In this document: one piece after another, positions 9,689 to 19,660 of the stretch | Position numbering within the stretch: position 1 is the first letter of the stretch | How the letters are laid out: the number at the start of each line of letters is the position of its first letter | Source: a virus | Lineage: Duplodnaviria > Heunggongvirae > Uroviricota > Caudoviricetes | Strand: one strand, 5' to 3' | IMG/VR virus record: IMGVR_UViG_3300021431_000008 | Length of the DNA: 64,000 nucleotides | The notes under the pieces: generated by a model | Seen by the model: the letters and a program-made list of their open reading frames with translations, nothing else | Databases searched by the model: none | Told to the model about the DNA's origin: nothing | Position numbers and translations under genes: made by a program

Positions 9689-10260
9689 TACCCTTCAACC
9701 TCCCGCATCGACTCCTGAGCCCAGGCGTCTTTTTCTTTGATCGTACAGATAATTTCCTCCATACGGTCTTTATCAGGCATATACTCCTGAATGTCGTCGT
9801 TTTGATAGATCCGAAGATTTACTTTTGTGTTCAGAGGATTCACGCCAAAGGCGCGTTCATACTCCAAAAGAAAAAGAGCAGCATAAATCTCAAGCTGCTC
9901 CATGTGAACCGGGCCTGAGCCCGTCTTTAAGTCATGAATGCGAAGGACACCATGACTGAAGTCGATCGCATCAGTATGCCCGAAACAGGTGTCTGAATAT
10001 TTCAGCGCTACTTCAGGTGTCATGCCGTAACCGATCGCATCGTTGACGTATGCGGTCAGCGTCTGTGTCGAACCTCTAAGCTTGAGACCTTCCTGAATCA
10101 GCTTTGCAGCCAAGTCGTGAAGTCTCGTTCCTCTTGCAGCAGCATTCTGAGAGAGAATATAAGCCCGAAGCTGATCCTGCGTATAGTTCAACCAATAGGG
10201 CTTACTTGGACTTAGAAGCGCGTGTTTTCCTTCCAGTTCGAAATGCCTGTTGAAGTTCAT
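9688..10260 (-). CDS. PD-(D/E)XK family nuclease (RecB/Cas4-like fold)
   Basis: HTDAIDF...LRIHDLKTG (D...D-x-K) and EQLEIYAALF motifs; start moved to MNFNRHF, preceded by GGAGG. Confidence 0.6.
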   Translation of the reverse strand: MNFNRHFELEGKHALLSPSKPYWLNYTQDQLRAYILSQNAAARGTRLHDLAAKLIQEGLKLRGSTQTLTAYVNDAIGYGMTPEVALKYSDTCFGHTDAIDFSHGVLRIHDLKTGSGPVHMEQLEIYAALFLLEYERAFGVNPLNTKVNLRIYQNDDIQEYMPDKDRMEEIICTIKEKDAWAQESMREVEG

Positions 10261-10525
10261 CCAAAACCTCCTGCTTATTTTCAGGATAGATAAATCGGGA
10301 GAAGGACATCTGATCGGCGCGCTGTACATAGTAGTCCTGATTCGGACGATGACTCGCATCAGCCGACTTCTTGCATTCTAGAAGCGCCCAATGCTTCCCG
10401 TACAGTACCGTGAGATCAGGCAAACCCTGTTTCGTTTCGTTCTTGTATATCAGAGCATCAGGAAACAAGCCTCGCAGTTCCTCAATCAGATTTCTTTGAA
10501 ATTCGCTCTCAAGCATCTCTTTCAC
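10202..10525 (-). CDS. VRR-NUC domain nuclease
   Basis: GLPDLTVLYGKHWALLECKK...HRPNQ matches the VRR-NUC signature (GxPDL...iE.K...Q). Confidence 0.65.
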   Translation of the reverse strand: MKEMLESEFQRNLIEELRGLFPDALIYKNETKQGLPDLTVLYGKHWALLECKKSADASHRPNQDYYVQRADQMSFSRFIYPENKQEVLDELQQAFRTGRKTRASKSK

Positions 10526-10585
10526 CTCGCGAAAACCCTGAGAAAGAGTAAAAAATGCAGTATCTACTCTCCTCTATTCTAGGCG

Positions 10586-10602
10586 GTGTAAATTTTACGA
10601 AT
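10586..10602 (-). promoter_or_regulatory. copy of repeated CGTAAAWTTNACA promoter-like box (upstream of the VRR-NUC gene)
   Basis: plus strand gtgtaaattttacgaa; member of the ~35-copy family. Confidence 0.5.
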
Positions 10603-10613
10603 TTTAAGCCTTT

Positions 10614-11864
10614 TCAAGTATTTCGAGAGCGAAAAAACATGCTTTCGTTAAAATTCTTCTTCCTCTTCAAAGCTCTGCCGATCGCAACGTCAATCGGCGC
10701 ATAGGTTTTAAAACTGTAATAATAGAGATCGCGATAGGGAGTATTTCTTCGGTCGATTCGTCCCATGGCCTGCTCGGTCGCCTTATAGGAATAGTTCTGG
10801 GAATAGAACAACATGGCATTCGTCGTGATGCAGTTCCAGCCTTCAGAGCCGCCCATGTAATTCACAAAGTAAACCCAGCGCTCCGAGTCCGGGATCTCTT
10901 CATGCTTTTGCCCATTCCATTCCCGACAGACCGTTCCTTCCGGCCAAGCCGCTTCCCTGAGAATATCCAGCTCGTAATTGAAGTTATAGAAGATGATGAG
11001 CCGAGGCTGCTCTTTGGCAATCTCCAAGGTCATCTCAATTCTCGAGGGATCTGAATTCACTGCTTTCCGAAGCAGGTAGCAAAGCTCGCTGATGTTCTCG
11101 ATCGGTTTGTCCTCATAGACATTCCATCGATCTTTCATCAAAGCCTTGTAGGTCTCACGGTCATAGCTCACCAGACGAATATCCATATGCCGTTCTGTTG
11201 GCTTGACGTAGTCAATGTTCACCAGAATGGAATCGCGCAGGCGCGTCAGAATATAATCGTCCACATAGCGATCGACTTGCGGATACTTGGTGTAGCGACT
11301 ATAGATCACATGCCGCATTTCAAAGTCTCTCTTATTTCGGTAAAACCCGTTTGCGATGAAAATGGACAAATAGTCCATCCAACAGTCACCCGGTGTCGCC
11401 GAGAGAAATATCCAGCCGTTTGATCTGGCGATCTTAATAAACGCCTTCGACCAGGCACCGTAACCGACAACGCGTTGTTCATCAAAGAGAAAGAACGCAT
11501 CTCTCACTTCAACATACTTCCCGATGTTGTTCCACGAGTCCACAACGACCTTTACTTTATCGCCATAAGCCGACTTTGAAATATCCATAGACATCTCAAA
11601 AGGCTCAAGCTCTTCTTCCCATTCTCCCTTATCGCGTTTCTTGGCAGTTGTAATAATGTACAGATCTTTCGGCCAGAGCATTGGAACCAAATCCTTCTTC
11701 AGCCCTCGTTTCTTTCCGTCGATCTGTCCACCGCACACACTGCAGAAATAATAAGCGAGGCCGGTCCGGCTTTTACCGGATCCGACCCCACCGCATAAAA
11801 TATTTCCGTTTTTCAGTTTTGAGAGAGCTTTCAGCTGGCCCTCATCCAGTTCGGGTTGCATCAA
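10614..11864 (-). CDS. SF2 (SNF2/DEAD-like) DNA helicase
   Basis: Walker A GGVGSGKS, motif II FLFDEQ, motif III LSATPG. Confidence 0.7.
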   Translation of the reverse strand: MMQPELDEGQLKALSKLKNGNILCGGVGSGKSRTGLAYYFCSVCGGQIDGKKRGLKKDLVPMLWPKDLYIITTAKKRDKGEWEEELEPFEMSMDISKSAYGDKVKVVVDSWNNIGKYVEVRDAFFLFDEQRVVGYGAWSKAFIKIARSNGWIFLSATPGDCWMDYLSIFIANGFYRNKRDFEMRHVIYSRYTKYPQVDRYVDDYILTRLRDSILVNIDYVKPTERHMDIRLVSYDRETYKALMKDRWNVYEDKPIENISELCYLLRKAVNSDPSRIEMTLEIAKEQPRLIIFYNFNYELDILREAAWPEGTVCREWNGQKHEEIPDSERWVYFVNYMGGSEGWNCITTNAMLFYSQNYSYKATEQAMGRIDRRNTPYRDLYYYSFKTYAPIDVAIGRALKRKKNFNESMFFRSRNT

Positions 11865-11884
11865 AACTCTCCTTTCCCGTCAAA

Positions 11885-12427
11885 TCAGAACGGCTCTTCC
11901 TCCGTACCGGGAGCCGTAACCGGCTGCTGATTCATATAACCATACTTCTCGGCGAAGTAATCGGGAACGACCTCGACCCAGATCTTCTGCGCATACAGCG
12001 GAATATACTTCGTGCCGTTGTTGTGAATCTTCTCCTTACCGAACTCAACCTCAAGGCACATGTTACGAATATCCACGCTGTTGATCACACGAATGTGGTC
12101 AGCGTCCAGAACGGTCGTATTACCGTTCGAGATCATGTAAGCGTCAACCGGCTTCAGGAAGTACGAAACCGTTACCGAAACATAAGGCATCGGAACGTCG
12201 TTCGGTCCCTGAACCTTGGTATACTTTACTTCACAACCGCGATCCTTCAGCTCCTCAGCGATCTCCTCCGTGATAAACAGCAGGAAATTCCGATAGCCGG
12301 GGCTGTTCACGGTACGGCCGGTAACCTTGTCCTTCTTCTCCTCGCCACCGAAGTTGCGGGAACGCACCTCACGGTCGACAATGCCATCGATAATGATGCT
12401 ACGAGACTTTCTTTCAGCGATCTGCAT
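11885..12427 (-). CDS. hypothetical protein (between helicase and replicase; possible DNA-binding role)
   Basis: 180-aa ORF in the replication module. Confidence 0.5.
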   Translation of the reverse strand: MQIAERKSRSIIIDGIVDREVRSRNFGGEEKKDKVTGRTVNSPGYRNFLLFITEEIAEELKDRGCEVKYTKVQGPNDVPMPYVSVTVSYFLKPVDAYMISNGNTTVLDADHIRVINSVDIRNMCLEVEFGKEKIHNNGTKYIPLYAQKIWVEVVPDYFAEKYGYMNQQPVTAPGTEEEPF

Positions 12428-12465
12428 GATTCTGTTTTCCTTTCTTAAAACAAAAATATAGAAAT

Positions 12466-15400
12466 TTATTGTGCAAAAGTCGCGAAATCACCATATTGAT
12501 TGATCGCGGCTATTGCGTCGTTCTTAAGTCCCTCGAAGTAACTCAGATCGATCGAGTCCTCAAGGTGACGTTCTTTGACGGTTTCGGCCTCAAGCCAGCG
12601 ATAATCCTTCGAACCAGCTGCATAACCGAACTTTCCGCCATTCTCCCGAACCAGACGACCTCCGCCATGTCCGGGCTTGATCGGGCAAAACAGACCTGCT
12701 TTCCCGACAAAGTGATAATCGTGACACTTTTTGATCTCTTCACGAATTTCGCACAAGCGAATATAATCCTTGTGAAATTCCTCCGAGACGTACTGATCGA
12801 GCTTTTTGTCTGAAATATCTGTCAGAACCGGATTGAAGCCGTCCGTCAGATTCTTATCATTCTCATCTGTAAGCTCAAACTGCACTTTATGCCACTTCTT
12901 GACAAGTTTGTCCTCTTCCTTCTCCAGAAGCTCCGACGAAGGCAGTTTCTCGTCCATATCCAAATATAAACCGAGACCGACCTTTACCGTCTGTGTCACG
13001 CACAGGTCATAAAAGCCAATCTCGTCATGGCTGAACAGAGTCTTGAATTCATAGGGAGAACTGTCTTCCTTGAACTGGTCGCCGGTTCCCTCCCATTTTC
13101 CTGCCGATTTGCCGTTCTCCGGATCGTTGGTGTACTTACAAATATAAACTGCGTTATTGACGAGACAGATCTTCTCGAACTTATGCTCGATTTCAAAGGT
13201 GTATCCGAACTTCTTGCCATAATCCATGACAAAGTTGTAGATCTTCTCGTCGGGGTTTGCGATCTTGATGGAATCAGTCTTCACATGAATGACCCGATAG
13301 CCCTGATCCTTGACTTTCAGCATCAGATCAATCATGAATAGTGCTCCGCGCTTTGCCACCCAGTTATCGTCGTTCCGAGGATCTCTTAGACGATTCGTAA
13401 AATGAGCCGCTGTAAGGCCGTAAACGCTATTGATTGCGATCTTCAGCGCTTTCGAGAGCTGTTTGGCATCTTCATCAGACGTCAGGTACGGAGCCAGAAT
13501 TCCGTTATAGAGCGAACGGACCCAGTCGTAGTCCTTATGCTTGATATGCAGACGAATATCCAGCAGCATCTTGAAGTTCTCAGTGTAAGGCCCAAAGCCA
13601 TTCTCAGCAATCAAAGACGAAGGATGGTGTGATGCCGAGTCGTAGCACTCGGAATATCCATACATACCCCAGTTAGCAAAGACAAAGCCGCCTTCGCCAG
13701 GGTCATAGCCCTTATACCAGCTCTTACCGGAGATCATCGTGCAACGATAGTAGGTCTTGCCTTCAACAGGAACCTCGTCTTTGGTCTTGTTGTACTTGCC
13801 GGAAATATCCAGCTCATAGAACTCGAACCTCTTCGGGTTACAGGTCGGCAGCATATCGTCTACGACGACCATATAGCGCTCCTTCGGGAAGCCATACGGT
13901 GAGAACTCATAACCCGGGAACAGTTTCGACAGATCAGGCTTAACAAACATCGCCTGCGGGTTTTTCTCGTTTCCAACGATCAGCTTCGTAGTAAGCGTAT
14001 TTGTCGAGTCATTGACGGTTGAACCGGGGCCTCTCAGCGCATTAGCCAACTCCACCAGAATTTCTCTGGCCCGGAAGTCCGACTGATTGGCATAGAACAC
14101 CTGCTCTGTCGCGATAACGTCGTTACAGCAATATTCCGCTACGCGTTTCCAGAGATTCTGCGGCACAGGCTTATCCCATGGCAGGCCTGCTTCATCGTGA
14201 CGAATATCCACGCCCTGCTTCTGTAACTGGATCTCCCACTTCTTAAGCCCCTTCTTATCGGAGCAGAAGTCGAAAATATCCGTGTAGCTGAGATTCTTCG
14301 ACTCATTGATCGTCCAATCATTACGGCCCTTTGGAGCGTTGATGATGTTCTGCGAACGAGTAAAGAGTTCAAAGATCGAATCGCCGCGAATTCTGGCATA
14401 GCAAATATGATTATCGTATCCGAGATTATTAAAACCGATCATGTTGTACGACTGGAACACACGCAGCACTTCATTCGGCTCCGGGTTAATCATCGTAATG
14501 CAATCCTGACCCATCGGTTTATAGACAAGAACGAACAGGTTCGGAAAGACCTCGGTATCGAAGAAGGCAATCTTCTTCTCTCCTTCTTTCGGCTCTACCC
14601 ATTCGGACTCTTCTTCGCTCTTATAAGGGAAACTCTCAGCCTTGTCCAAGCACTGAAGCGAATGATTGTGCGAAGCAGCGGCAAACGCCAGCACCTGAGG
14701 CTTCAGTTCACTCAGGTCATACTTCATCCCGCTCTCATAGGCCTCGTTCAAAACCTTCCCGATATAATCGACGCAACATACTGTCGAAAACGGGGAGATC
14801 TCCTTACGCAAAGCCTTTCTGACAGCAGCAAGCAAGTGCTTCTGATCTTCTATAGTGTACTCATTTACCGTTTTCGGATTCTCCTTTCTCAAAGGTAGAC
14901 CGGAACTAATCGTCGCAATGGGAATATCATTGCAGCGGGTCAGCTTCCTCCTCAAGCTGGCCTTTCCGGTATAGAACTTGATCTCGACGTCGTCTTCATA
15001 GATCGGCAGAACCTTCGAAATGTCACCGGTATAAATATAAGTCAGGTGAATCCCGGCTCCGCTCTTGCTTAGCTCTGCATAGGTAGGAGGCCACTTGGAT
15101 GCAGCCTTCATGTTGAGCTCCAATGACTTCTTTCCTGTCTTCGGATCCTTCTTGTCGAAGTCAACAAAACAGAACTGCTCAGGACATCTAAGATAGTGAA
15201 GCTCTGCCGTATTCAGATCCTTCAGAATCGTCTGGCAATCGTCCCACGGAACAGATGGCCGGTCGCTTCCGTCCTCCTTAATATAAGCATACTGAGCAGG
15301 CCAGTCTGAACCGATCTTATCCAGGATACTTTCTGTGGTGTTGAACTGGAGCCAACTGTCATTACTCTCTTTACTTTTCTTGTCTTTCTTCTCAGATCCG

Positions 15401-16695
15401 GCCGTTTCATCAAACTTTTCGATTCTTAAACCAGTATAAATATTTCTCTTGGGTTCGCCATGATAGTAACCACGCTCTTTGTAAACCAGAAAATAATTCT
15501 TAAGTTCTTCTTTTACGATTCTCTTGGAATAAGGATAAGGCACTTTTGCATCATCACAATACACACGATACTTAAACCAAATATCATCTAACAGTAACGA
15601 CTCCTCGCCTTTAAGCCATTCGTAATTTTCGAACATGAAGTTATAGAAATCGTTCGTCGCCGACATCATGCTAAGCGGAACATAATCGTCATAACAATGA
15701 GGATCTTCATTGTATACATCGAGACAATACGCTGCGATCGCCCCGAGCTCAAATCCTATGTTCTTCTTAAGCTGTATATAACGCCGATTCGGAATCTTGT
15801 TTCCGGTAGGTGAAATATCGATCAGTCGTCTAAGAAGACCGGACTTGGAATCCGTAATTTTCACAGGCGAATTCGTAGCAATGAAGAGCATCGTCTGAAT
15901 GCGCATCTCATACTTACTTTTAAACTTTTCGTTAATCGTCAAGGTTTCGTGCGAAACCAATGCGTTCAGTCGAGTGTTTGTTTCAATTCTACTCAACTGA
16001 CCATCCGGATCGATTGCTACGATCGGATTTGACTTAAACGATTCAAGAGCAAAGTCTGATGATCCGCTTCCCAAGGCTGCTGCTTCAAAATGTCCGCAAT
16101 AACCTTCAAACAAATTTTCTATAATTTCAAGTATTGTACCTTTACCGCATCCAGGGGCACCATAAAATACGAAGAACTTCTGAATCCAACGAGAATCACC
16201 ATTTACGATAGACCCTATAGCCCATTCAATCTTATGGCGTTCTTCAGGAGAATATAATGTTCCGACAAGCTCATTCCAATTGTCAATACTTCCATGTTCG
16301 AGGGCATACGGAACACACTTCGATGAATAATCTTCACGTTTCGGAACAGTATTCATAAACGTCAACGATTCATCGAGAGGGTGATAATTATCGCTTGTCT
16401 GTTTTGTTACATACTTTCGCCACTTATCGATGCTTCCGGAATCACTGTCCCACATATAAGCAACGTCAATATTATCGTAATCGCCTTTACGCTTTTCTTT
16501 ATACTCTTCAAGTTCCGCATCGATCAGGTCAATAACATCATCCCATTGCGTAGACCAGCGTTCATTACGTTCGTCCCAAATAGCATAAAAATCTCCGCCG
16601 CGAATCATAAGATCTTTACTTTGTTTTGTAATGAATTTCGGATAGACCAATGCCGGTTGTCCTGCTTTCTGCGGAATGCGCAAAGCTGGTTTCAT
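12466..16695 (-). CDS. fused replicase: D5N-like/SF3 helicase + AEP primase-like motifs + family-B DNA polymerase (3'-5' exonuclease and polymerase domains)
   Basis: P-loop FVFYGAPGCGKGT (aa ~177-187), Walker B IVAIDPDGQ, motif C FIATNSP. CFVDFDKKD and SGAGIHLTY (AEP DxD / SGxGxH). ExoI AFFDTEVFPNLF, ExoII GFNNLGYDN, ExoIII YCCNDVIATE. PolB motif B KIAINSVYG, motif C IHVKTDSI. Confidence 0.8.
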   Translation of the reverse strand: MKPALRIPQKAGQPALVYPKFITKQSKDLMIRGGDFYAIWDERNERWSTQWDDVIDLIDAELEEYKEKRKGDYDNIDVAYMWDSDSGSIDKWRKYVTKQTSDNYHPLDESLTFMNTVPKREDYSSKCVPYALEHGSIDNWNELVGTLYSPEERHKIEWAIGSIVNGDSRWIQKFFVFYGAPGCGKGTILEIIENLFEGYCGHFEAAALGSGSSDFALESFKSNPIVAIDPDGQLSRIETNTRLNALVSHETLTINEKFKSKYEMRIQTMLFIATNSPVKITDSKSGLLRRLIDISPTGNKIPNRRYIQLKKNIGFELGAIAAYCLDVYNEDPHCYDDYVPLSMMSATNDFYNFMFENYEWLKGEESLLLDDIWFKYRVYCDDAKVPYPYSKRIVKEELKNYFLVYKERGYYHGEPKRNIYTGLRIEKFDETAGSEKKDKKSKESNDSWLQFNTTESILDKIGSDWPAQYAYIKEDGSDRPSVPWDDCQTILKDLNTAELHYLRCPEQFCFVDFDKKDPKTGKKSLELNMKAASKWPPTYAELSKSGAGIHLTYIYTGDISKVLPIYEDDVEIKFYTGKASLRRKLTRCNDIPIATISSGLPLRKENPKTVNEYTIEDQKHLLAAVRKALRKEISPFSTVCCVDYIGKVLNEAYESGMKYDLSELKPQVLAFAAASHNHSLQCLDKAESFPYKSEEESEWVEPKEGEKKIAFFDTEVFPNLFVLVYKPMGQDCITMINPEPNEVLRVFQSYNMIGFNNLGYDNHICYARIRGDSIFELFTRSQNIINAPKGRNDWTINESKNLSYTDIFDFCSDKKGLKKWEIQLQKQGVDIRHDEAGLPWDKPVPQNLWKRVAEYCCNDVIATEQVFYANQSDFRAREILVELANALRGPGSTVNDSTNTLTTKLIVGNEKNPQAMFVKPDLSKLFPGYEFSPYGFPKERYMVVVDDMLPTCNPKRFEFYELDISGKYNKTKDEVPVEGKTYYRCTMISGKSWYKGYDPGEGGFVFANWGMYGYSECYDSASHHPSSLIAENGFGPYTENFKMLLDIRLHIKHKDYDWVRSLYNGILAPYLTSDEDAKQLSKALKIAINSVYGLTAAHFTNRLRDPRNDDNWVAKRGALFMIDLMLKVKDQGYRVIHVKTDSIKIANPDEKIYNFVMDYGKKFGYTFEIEHKFEKICLVNNAVYICKYTNDPENGKSAGKWEGTGDQFKEDSSPYEFKTLFSHDEIGFYDLCVTQTVKVGLGLYLDMDEKLPSSELLEKEEDKLVKKWHKVQFELTDENDKNLTDGFNPVLTDISDKKLDQYVSEEFHKDYIRLCEIREEIKKCHDYHFVGKAGLFCPIKPGHGGGRLVRENGGKFGYAAGSKDYRWLEAETVKERHLEDSIDLSYFEGLKNDAIAAINQYGDFATFAQ

Positions 16696-16744
16696 AAAAT
16701 CCGTAACCTCAAACCTCCTTTCCGGTGAAAAAATTTGCTCATTT

Positions 16745-16980
16745 TCAGTATGTCAATATGTCAAATATGTCAAAAAATTTTCAAGCTTTTATTATAAAAA
16801 TATATTTTTTTCACGCACTAGTTGAAAAAAAAATGACATATTGACATGTTTTGACCCTGTTTTTTTCAATTTTTTGCATTTTTCACCAAAAAATCGTGTG
16901 TTTTTGCGAAAAAACGTGAAAAAATCAACTTTTACAGAAAATTACGGATCGCGTCTATTTTTCACCATTTTTGACATATT
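16745..16980. repeat. iteron-like TTGACAT direct and inverted repeats in an A-tract-rich intergenic region (candidate origin / early promoter cluster)
   Basis: three tandem TGTCAA (rc TTGACA) copies at 16751, 16759 and 16768; opposite-orientation TGACAT copies at 16834, 16842 and 16972 plus ttgacc at 16852; poly-A/T tracts between them; immediately upstream of the replicase start. Confidence 0.55.
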
Positions 16981-17236
16981 AATCGAGTCTGAAATTCTTA
17001 ATTGTGTAATTAATTGCGGCGCTTACGTCGAACGTGACAATTCCGTTTTTGTGCATAATACGCAAAAGCTTTTCATATGTTTCAGGGTTCAGTCGGCACT
17101 CAAACATATAGTTTTTATCAGCACCCTCCATGTCGTCCCACTTATAATTATTATCAATGCTTAAATACATTTCCTTCATTTTCTCCTTTCGAATCACACC
17201 GGATAATGCTCTTCCAGATACGCGTTCATCTGCCAC
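16979..17236 (-). CDS. hypothetical protein
   Basis: 85-aa ORF. Confidence 0.4.
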   Translation of the reverse strand: MADERVSGRALSGVIRKEKMKEMYLSIDNNYKWDDMEGADKNYMFECRLNPETYEKLLRIMHKNGIVTFDVSAAINYTIKNFRLD

Positions 17237-17709
17237 CAGAGGTCTGTTTTCCTTAAATCACGCACAGGTTTTCTCACCGGAAACGCCCCTCCGTAACCGT
17301 TTCTTTCGTACCTTCTGTGAAGAAACACGTCCAGAATTCTGTCAACTTCATTCTCGAAATAGTGATAGTCATCGTAAATATCAAGCCCCAGATTCTGCAG
17401 CATCGTCCAGAACCATTGGCCTGAACGATCACCTACATCTGGGTCGTGCATAATATCATCCTCTGCTCTACGGGCCAGGGCGATGAGCATTTCCAGCACC
17501 GAACAGGGTCTTTCCATACTCATCACCAATCCCGTCTGATTCACAAACTCACGGCGAAGTATAAGCCCGTCCGCAGCCCTATTTCTGTCGTAGTCGAGCT
17601 CCCAAATATAATCTGTGACGAAAAGTTTCCAGAGCAGTTTCTGATAATTTGTCACGAGATAACTATCGCCGATGAGCCCTTCTAACCAACAAAAATAGCT
17701 GTCTTGCAT
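17194..17709 (-). CDS. hypothetical protein
   Basis: 171-aa ORF. Confidence 0.5.
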   Translation of the reverse strand: MQDSYFCWLEGLIGDSYLVTNYQKLLWKLFVTDYIWELDYDRNRAADGLILRREFVNQTGLVMSMERPCSVLEMLIALARRAEDDIMHDPDVGDRSGQWFWTMLQNLGLDIYDDYHYFENEVDRILDVFLHRRYERNGYGGAFPVRKPVRDLRKTDLWWQMNAYLEEHYPV

Positions 17710-17716
17710 AGGCTTA

Positions 17717-18436
17717 TCAGTCCTCTCTTATCGGATCCATCGGTCCGAATTCTTCCTCGTAGAAGCCGTCTTCCACGTGAATTTCATAGTCGGTCACGAG
17801 TCTCGGATTCCTCACGAATGCCGTATTTGGTGCATAGTGCCCGACCCAGTTTTCCCACTCCGTTCCGACAAGAAGTGCCGGAGCGTCGATAATCGCGCCA
17901 TTATCGGTCGACATGATCTTGTCCCCTCTGAAGTAGACGAAGAAGTTTTTCTCATTACTCTCGTCTCTTGAAAAGGTCTCACGGTCGATCTCAAAATATC
18001 CTTCAGGCGCGTCATCCATGCTGTGCACATCGACGAGATCATCAAGGCCTCTCTCTTCCTCTTCCTCATCGCTTTCAGATTCTTCCTCGTCGTCTTCAGC
18101 ATCTTCCGCCGACCCATCATGCGACAAATATCCATCCTCACGGGGCATGACAGGAACGGGCACAGACGGCTTTTCACCGCTCTGATAGGAACTCACAATA
18201 CGGTTATAGTTAACTCTATCCCGTTCCCTCTTCTCAGAATGCCCCTGAGAGGCCGTATTTTCGCTTCTGGTGGCATTTTCACTATTATCGGATGCAGTTT
18301 CATCACCCATAGTAAAAGGCATCTCATCGCAATTTTCGGCCGTTTCCAGGCGCTTTTTAATATCCTTCCGAAGCCACAAAAGTGTCCCTCCGACACCGCA
18401 TCCGGCTCCGAAAAGGAAGGTTAAAATATACTTCAT
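17717..18436 (-). CDS. membrane-anchored protein with poly-acidic tract
   Basis: N-terminal TM segment ILTFLFGAGCGVGGTLLWL; EDAEDDEEESESDEEEEE run. Confidence 0.5.
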   Translation of the reverse strand: MKYILTFLFGAGCGVGGTLLWLRKDIKKRLETAENCDEMPFTMGDETASDNSENATRSENTASQGHSEKRERDRVNYNRIVSSYQSGEKPSVPVPVMPREDGYLSHDGSAEDAEDDEEESESDEEEEERGLDDLVDVHSMDDAPEGYFEIDRETFSRDESNEKNFFVYFRGDKIMSTDNGAIIDAPALLVGTEWENWVGHYAPNTAFVRNPRLVTDYEIHVEDGFYEEEFGPMDPIRED

Positions 18437-18633
18437 TCCTTAATCTCCCTTAAAATCTCGATTGTTCGGTCCAGCTCTTCAAGCAGATGCTCTGGAGACC
18501 CGATATAAAAAAATAATCTGGCACAGCTATCCTTTACCGGACAATTGTGACAATTATCTCCATGAGCATTGTTACAGCTTTCCTGCATGGTTCGAAGCTC
18601 AGTCAGTTCATCGATAATATCTTGACGATTCAC
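18433..18633 (-). CDS. small Cys-rich protein
   Basis: 66 aa; CNNAHGDNCHNCPVKDSC. Confidence 0.4.
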   Translation of the reverse strand: MNRQDIIDELTELRTMQESCNNAHGDNCHNCPVKDSCARLFFYIGSPEHLLEELDRTIEILREIKE

Positions 18634-19635
18634 TCAAATCTTCCCTTCCAGCGGATAGAAGTTGAAGTCGATGCGCAGGCAGGGTTCATACACCTTACAC
18701 TGATGCGCCACGTCCCACTTCTCCTGATAACCACGAAGACGAGTGATCTTGAGCTTTCTCATCTCGGGATCGGGCACTTTACGGGCATTACCGGAGATAC
18801 CGTAGCTGAGAAGCTTGTCCATGCTCTCCCCTTCACCGAGTGCGTTCTCGTTAAAGCCTAGGATACGGAGAATATCCAGCCCGTTGTAGGCCCTCATAAA
18901 GCCAATCTCCAGCTTGTCGTTAATCTCCTTCACTCTGGCGTCCAGGAACTCATCAGTGAACTGCCGCCACATAATATCCGTGTTCTCTTCCGTGAAATTG
19001 CGTGCGAAGATGCTTCCAGGCTGCGCATAGAACACATCAGCCTTCTCCTGACGAACATTCTTTTCACCGGTTTCAGGATCCGTATCGACAACTGTGATCA
19101 TACCTTCCTGAGCGCCCATGAAGATCTTGTTCTCAGCTTCTTCACCAACTGCCTTAGCGACTCTCTCCCGGTATTCCTGCAGAAGCTGATTACCAGCGAG
19201 AATATCAGCGGCAAGCCCACGATTGAGTTTCCTCAGCTCTCCGTGACCGCCAACGATCATACCCATGCCGCCGAGCCACAAAAGCGCCGGAACACCGTAG
19301 ATCTTGACCATTTCGTAGGCTGCATGAGCATAAATCTTCAGAAACTGTCTACCGCGCTCGACTTTGAGCTGCTTTTTCGTCTCGGGGAGAATATCAATAG
19401 GATCAATGTCGTCCGTGATCTGAAGCTTCTCCTCGACCTCCATAGCCTTCTTTTTCGTGTCTTCCACGACAGTTTTTGCTTTTTCAGTCTTCGTGCAGGC
19501 ATAAATCGTACCGGCAAGTACAGAAAGAGCTCCCGAAACCAGCATAATCTCGGGTCTTGCGGCGTTAACTTTCATTCCGAAGCCCTGAAAAGCACCCTTC
19601 CAGGTCTCACCTTTAAAGAAATTCGTGAAATTCAT
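18634..19635 (-). CDS. paralog A of a 3-member two-TM protein family (unknown function)
   Basis: 333 aa; two hydrophobic segments; central ...AKAVGEE... region shared with the 21736 and 22727 products; GGAGG RBS. Confidence 0.55.
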   Translation of the reverse strand: MNFTNFFKGETWKGAFQGFGMKVNAARPEIMLVSGALSVLAGTIYACTKTEKAKTVVEDTKKKAMEVEEKLQITDDIDPIDILPETKKQLKVERGRQFLKIYAHAAYEMVKIYGVPALLWLGGMGMIVGGHGELRKLNRGLAADILAGNQLLQEYRERVAKAVGEEAENKIFMGAQEGMITVVDTDPETGEKNVRQEKADVFYAQPGSIFARNFTEENTDIMWRQFTDEFLDARVKEINDKLEIGFMRAYNGLDILRILGFNENALGEGESMDKLLSYGISGNARKVPDPEMRKLKITRLRGYQEKWDVAHQCKVYEPCLRIDFNFYPLEGKI

Positions 19636-19660
19636 GAGTTTTCCTCCATAAATATAATTT

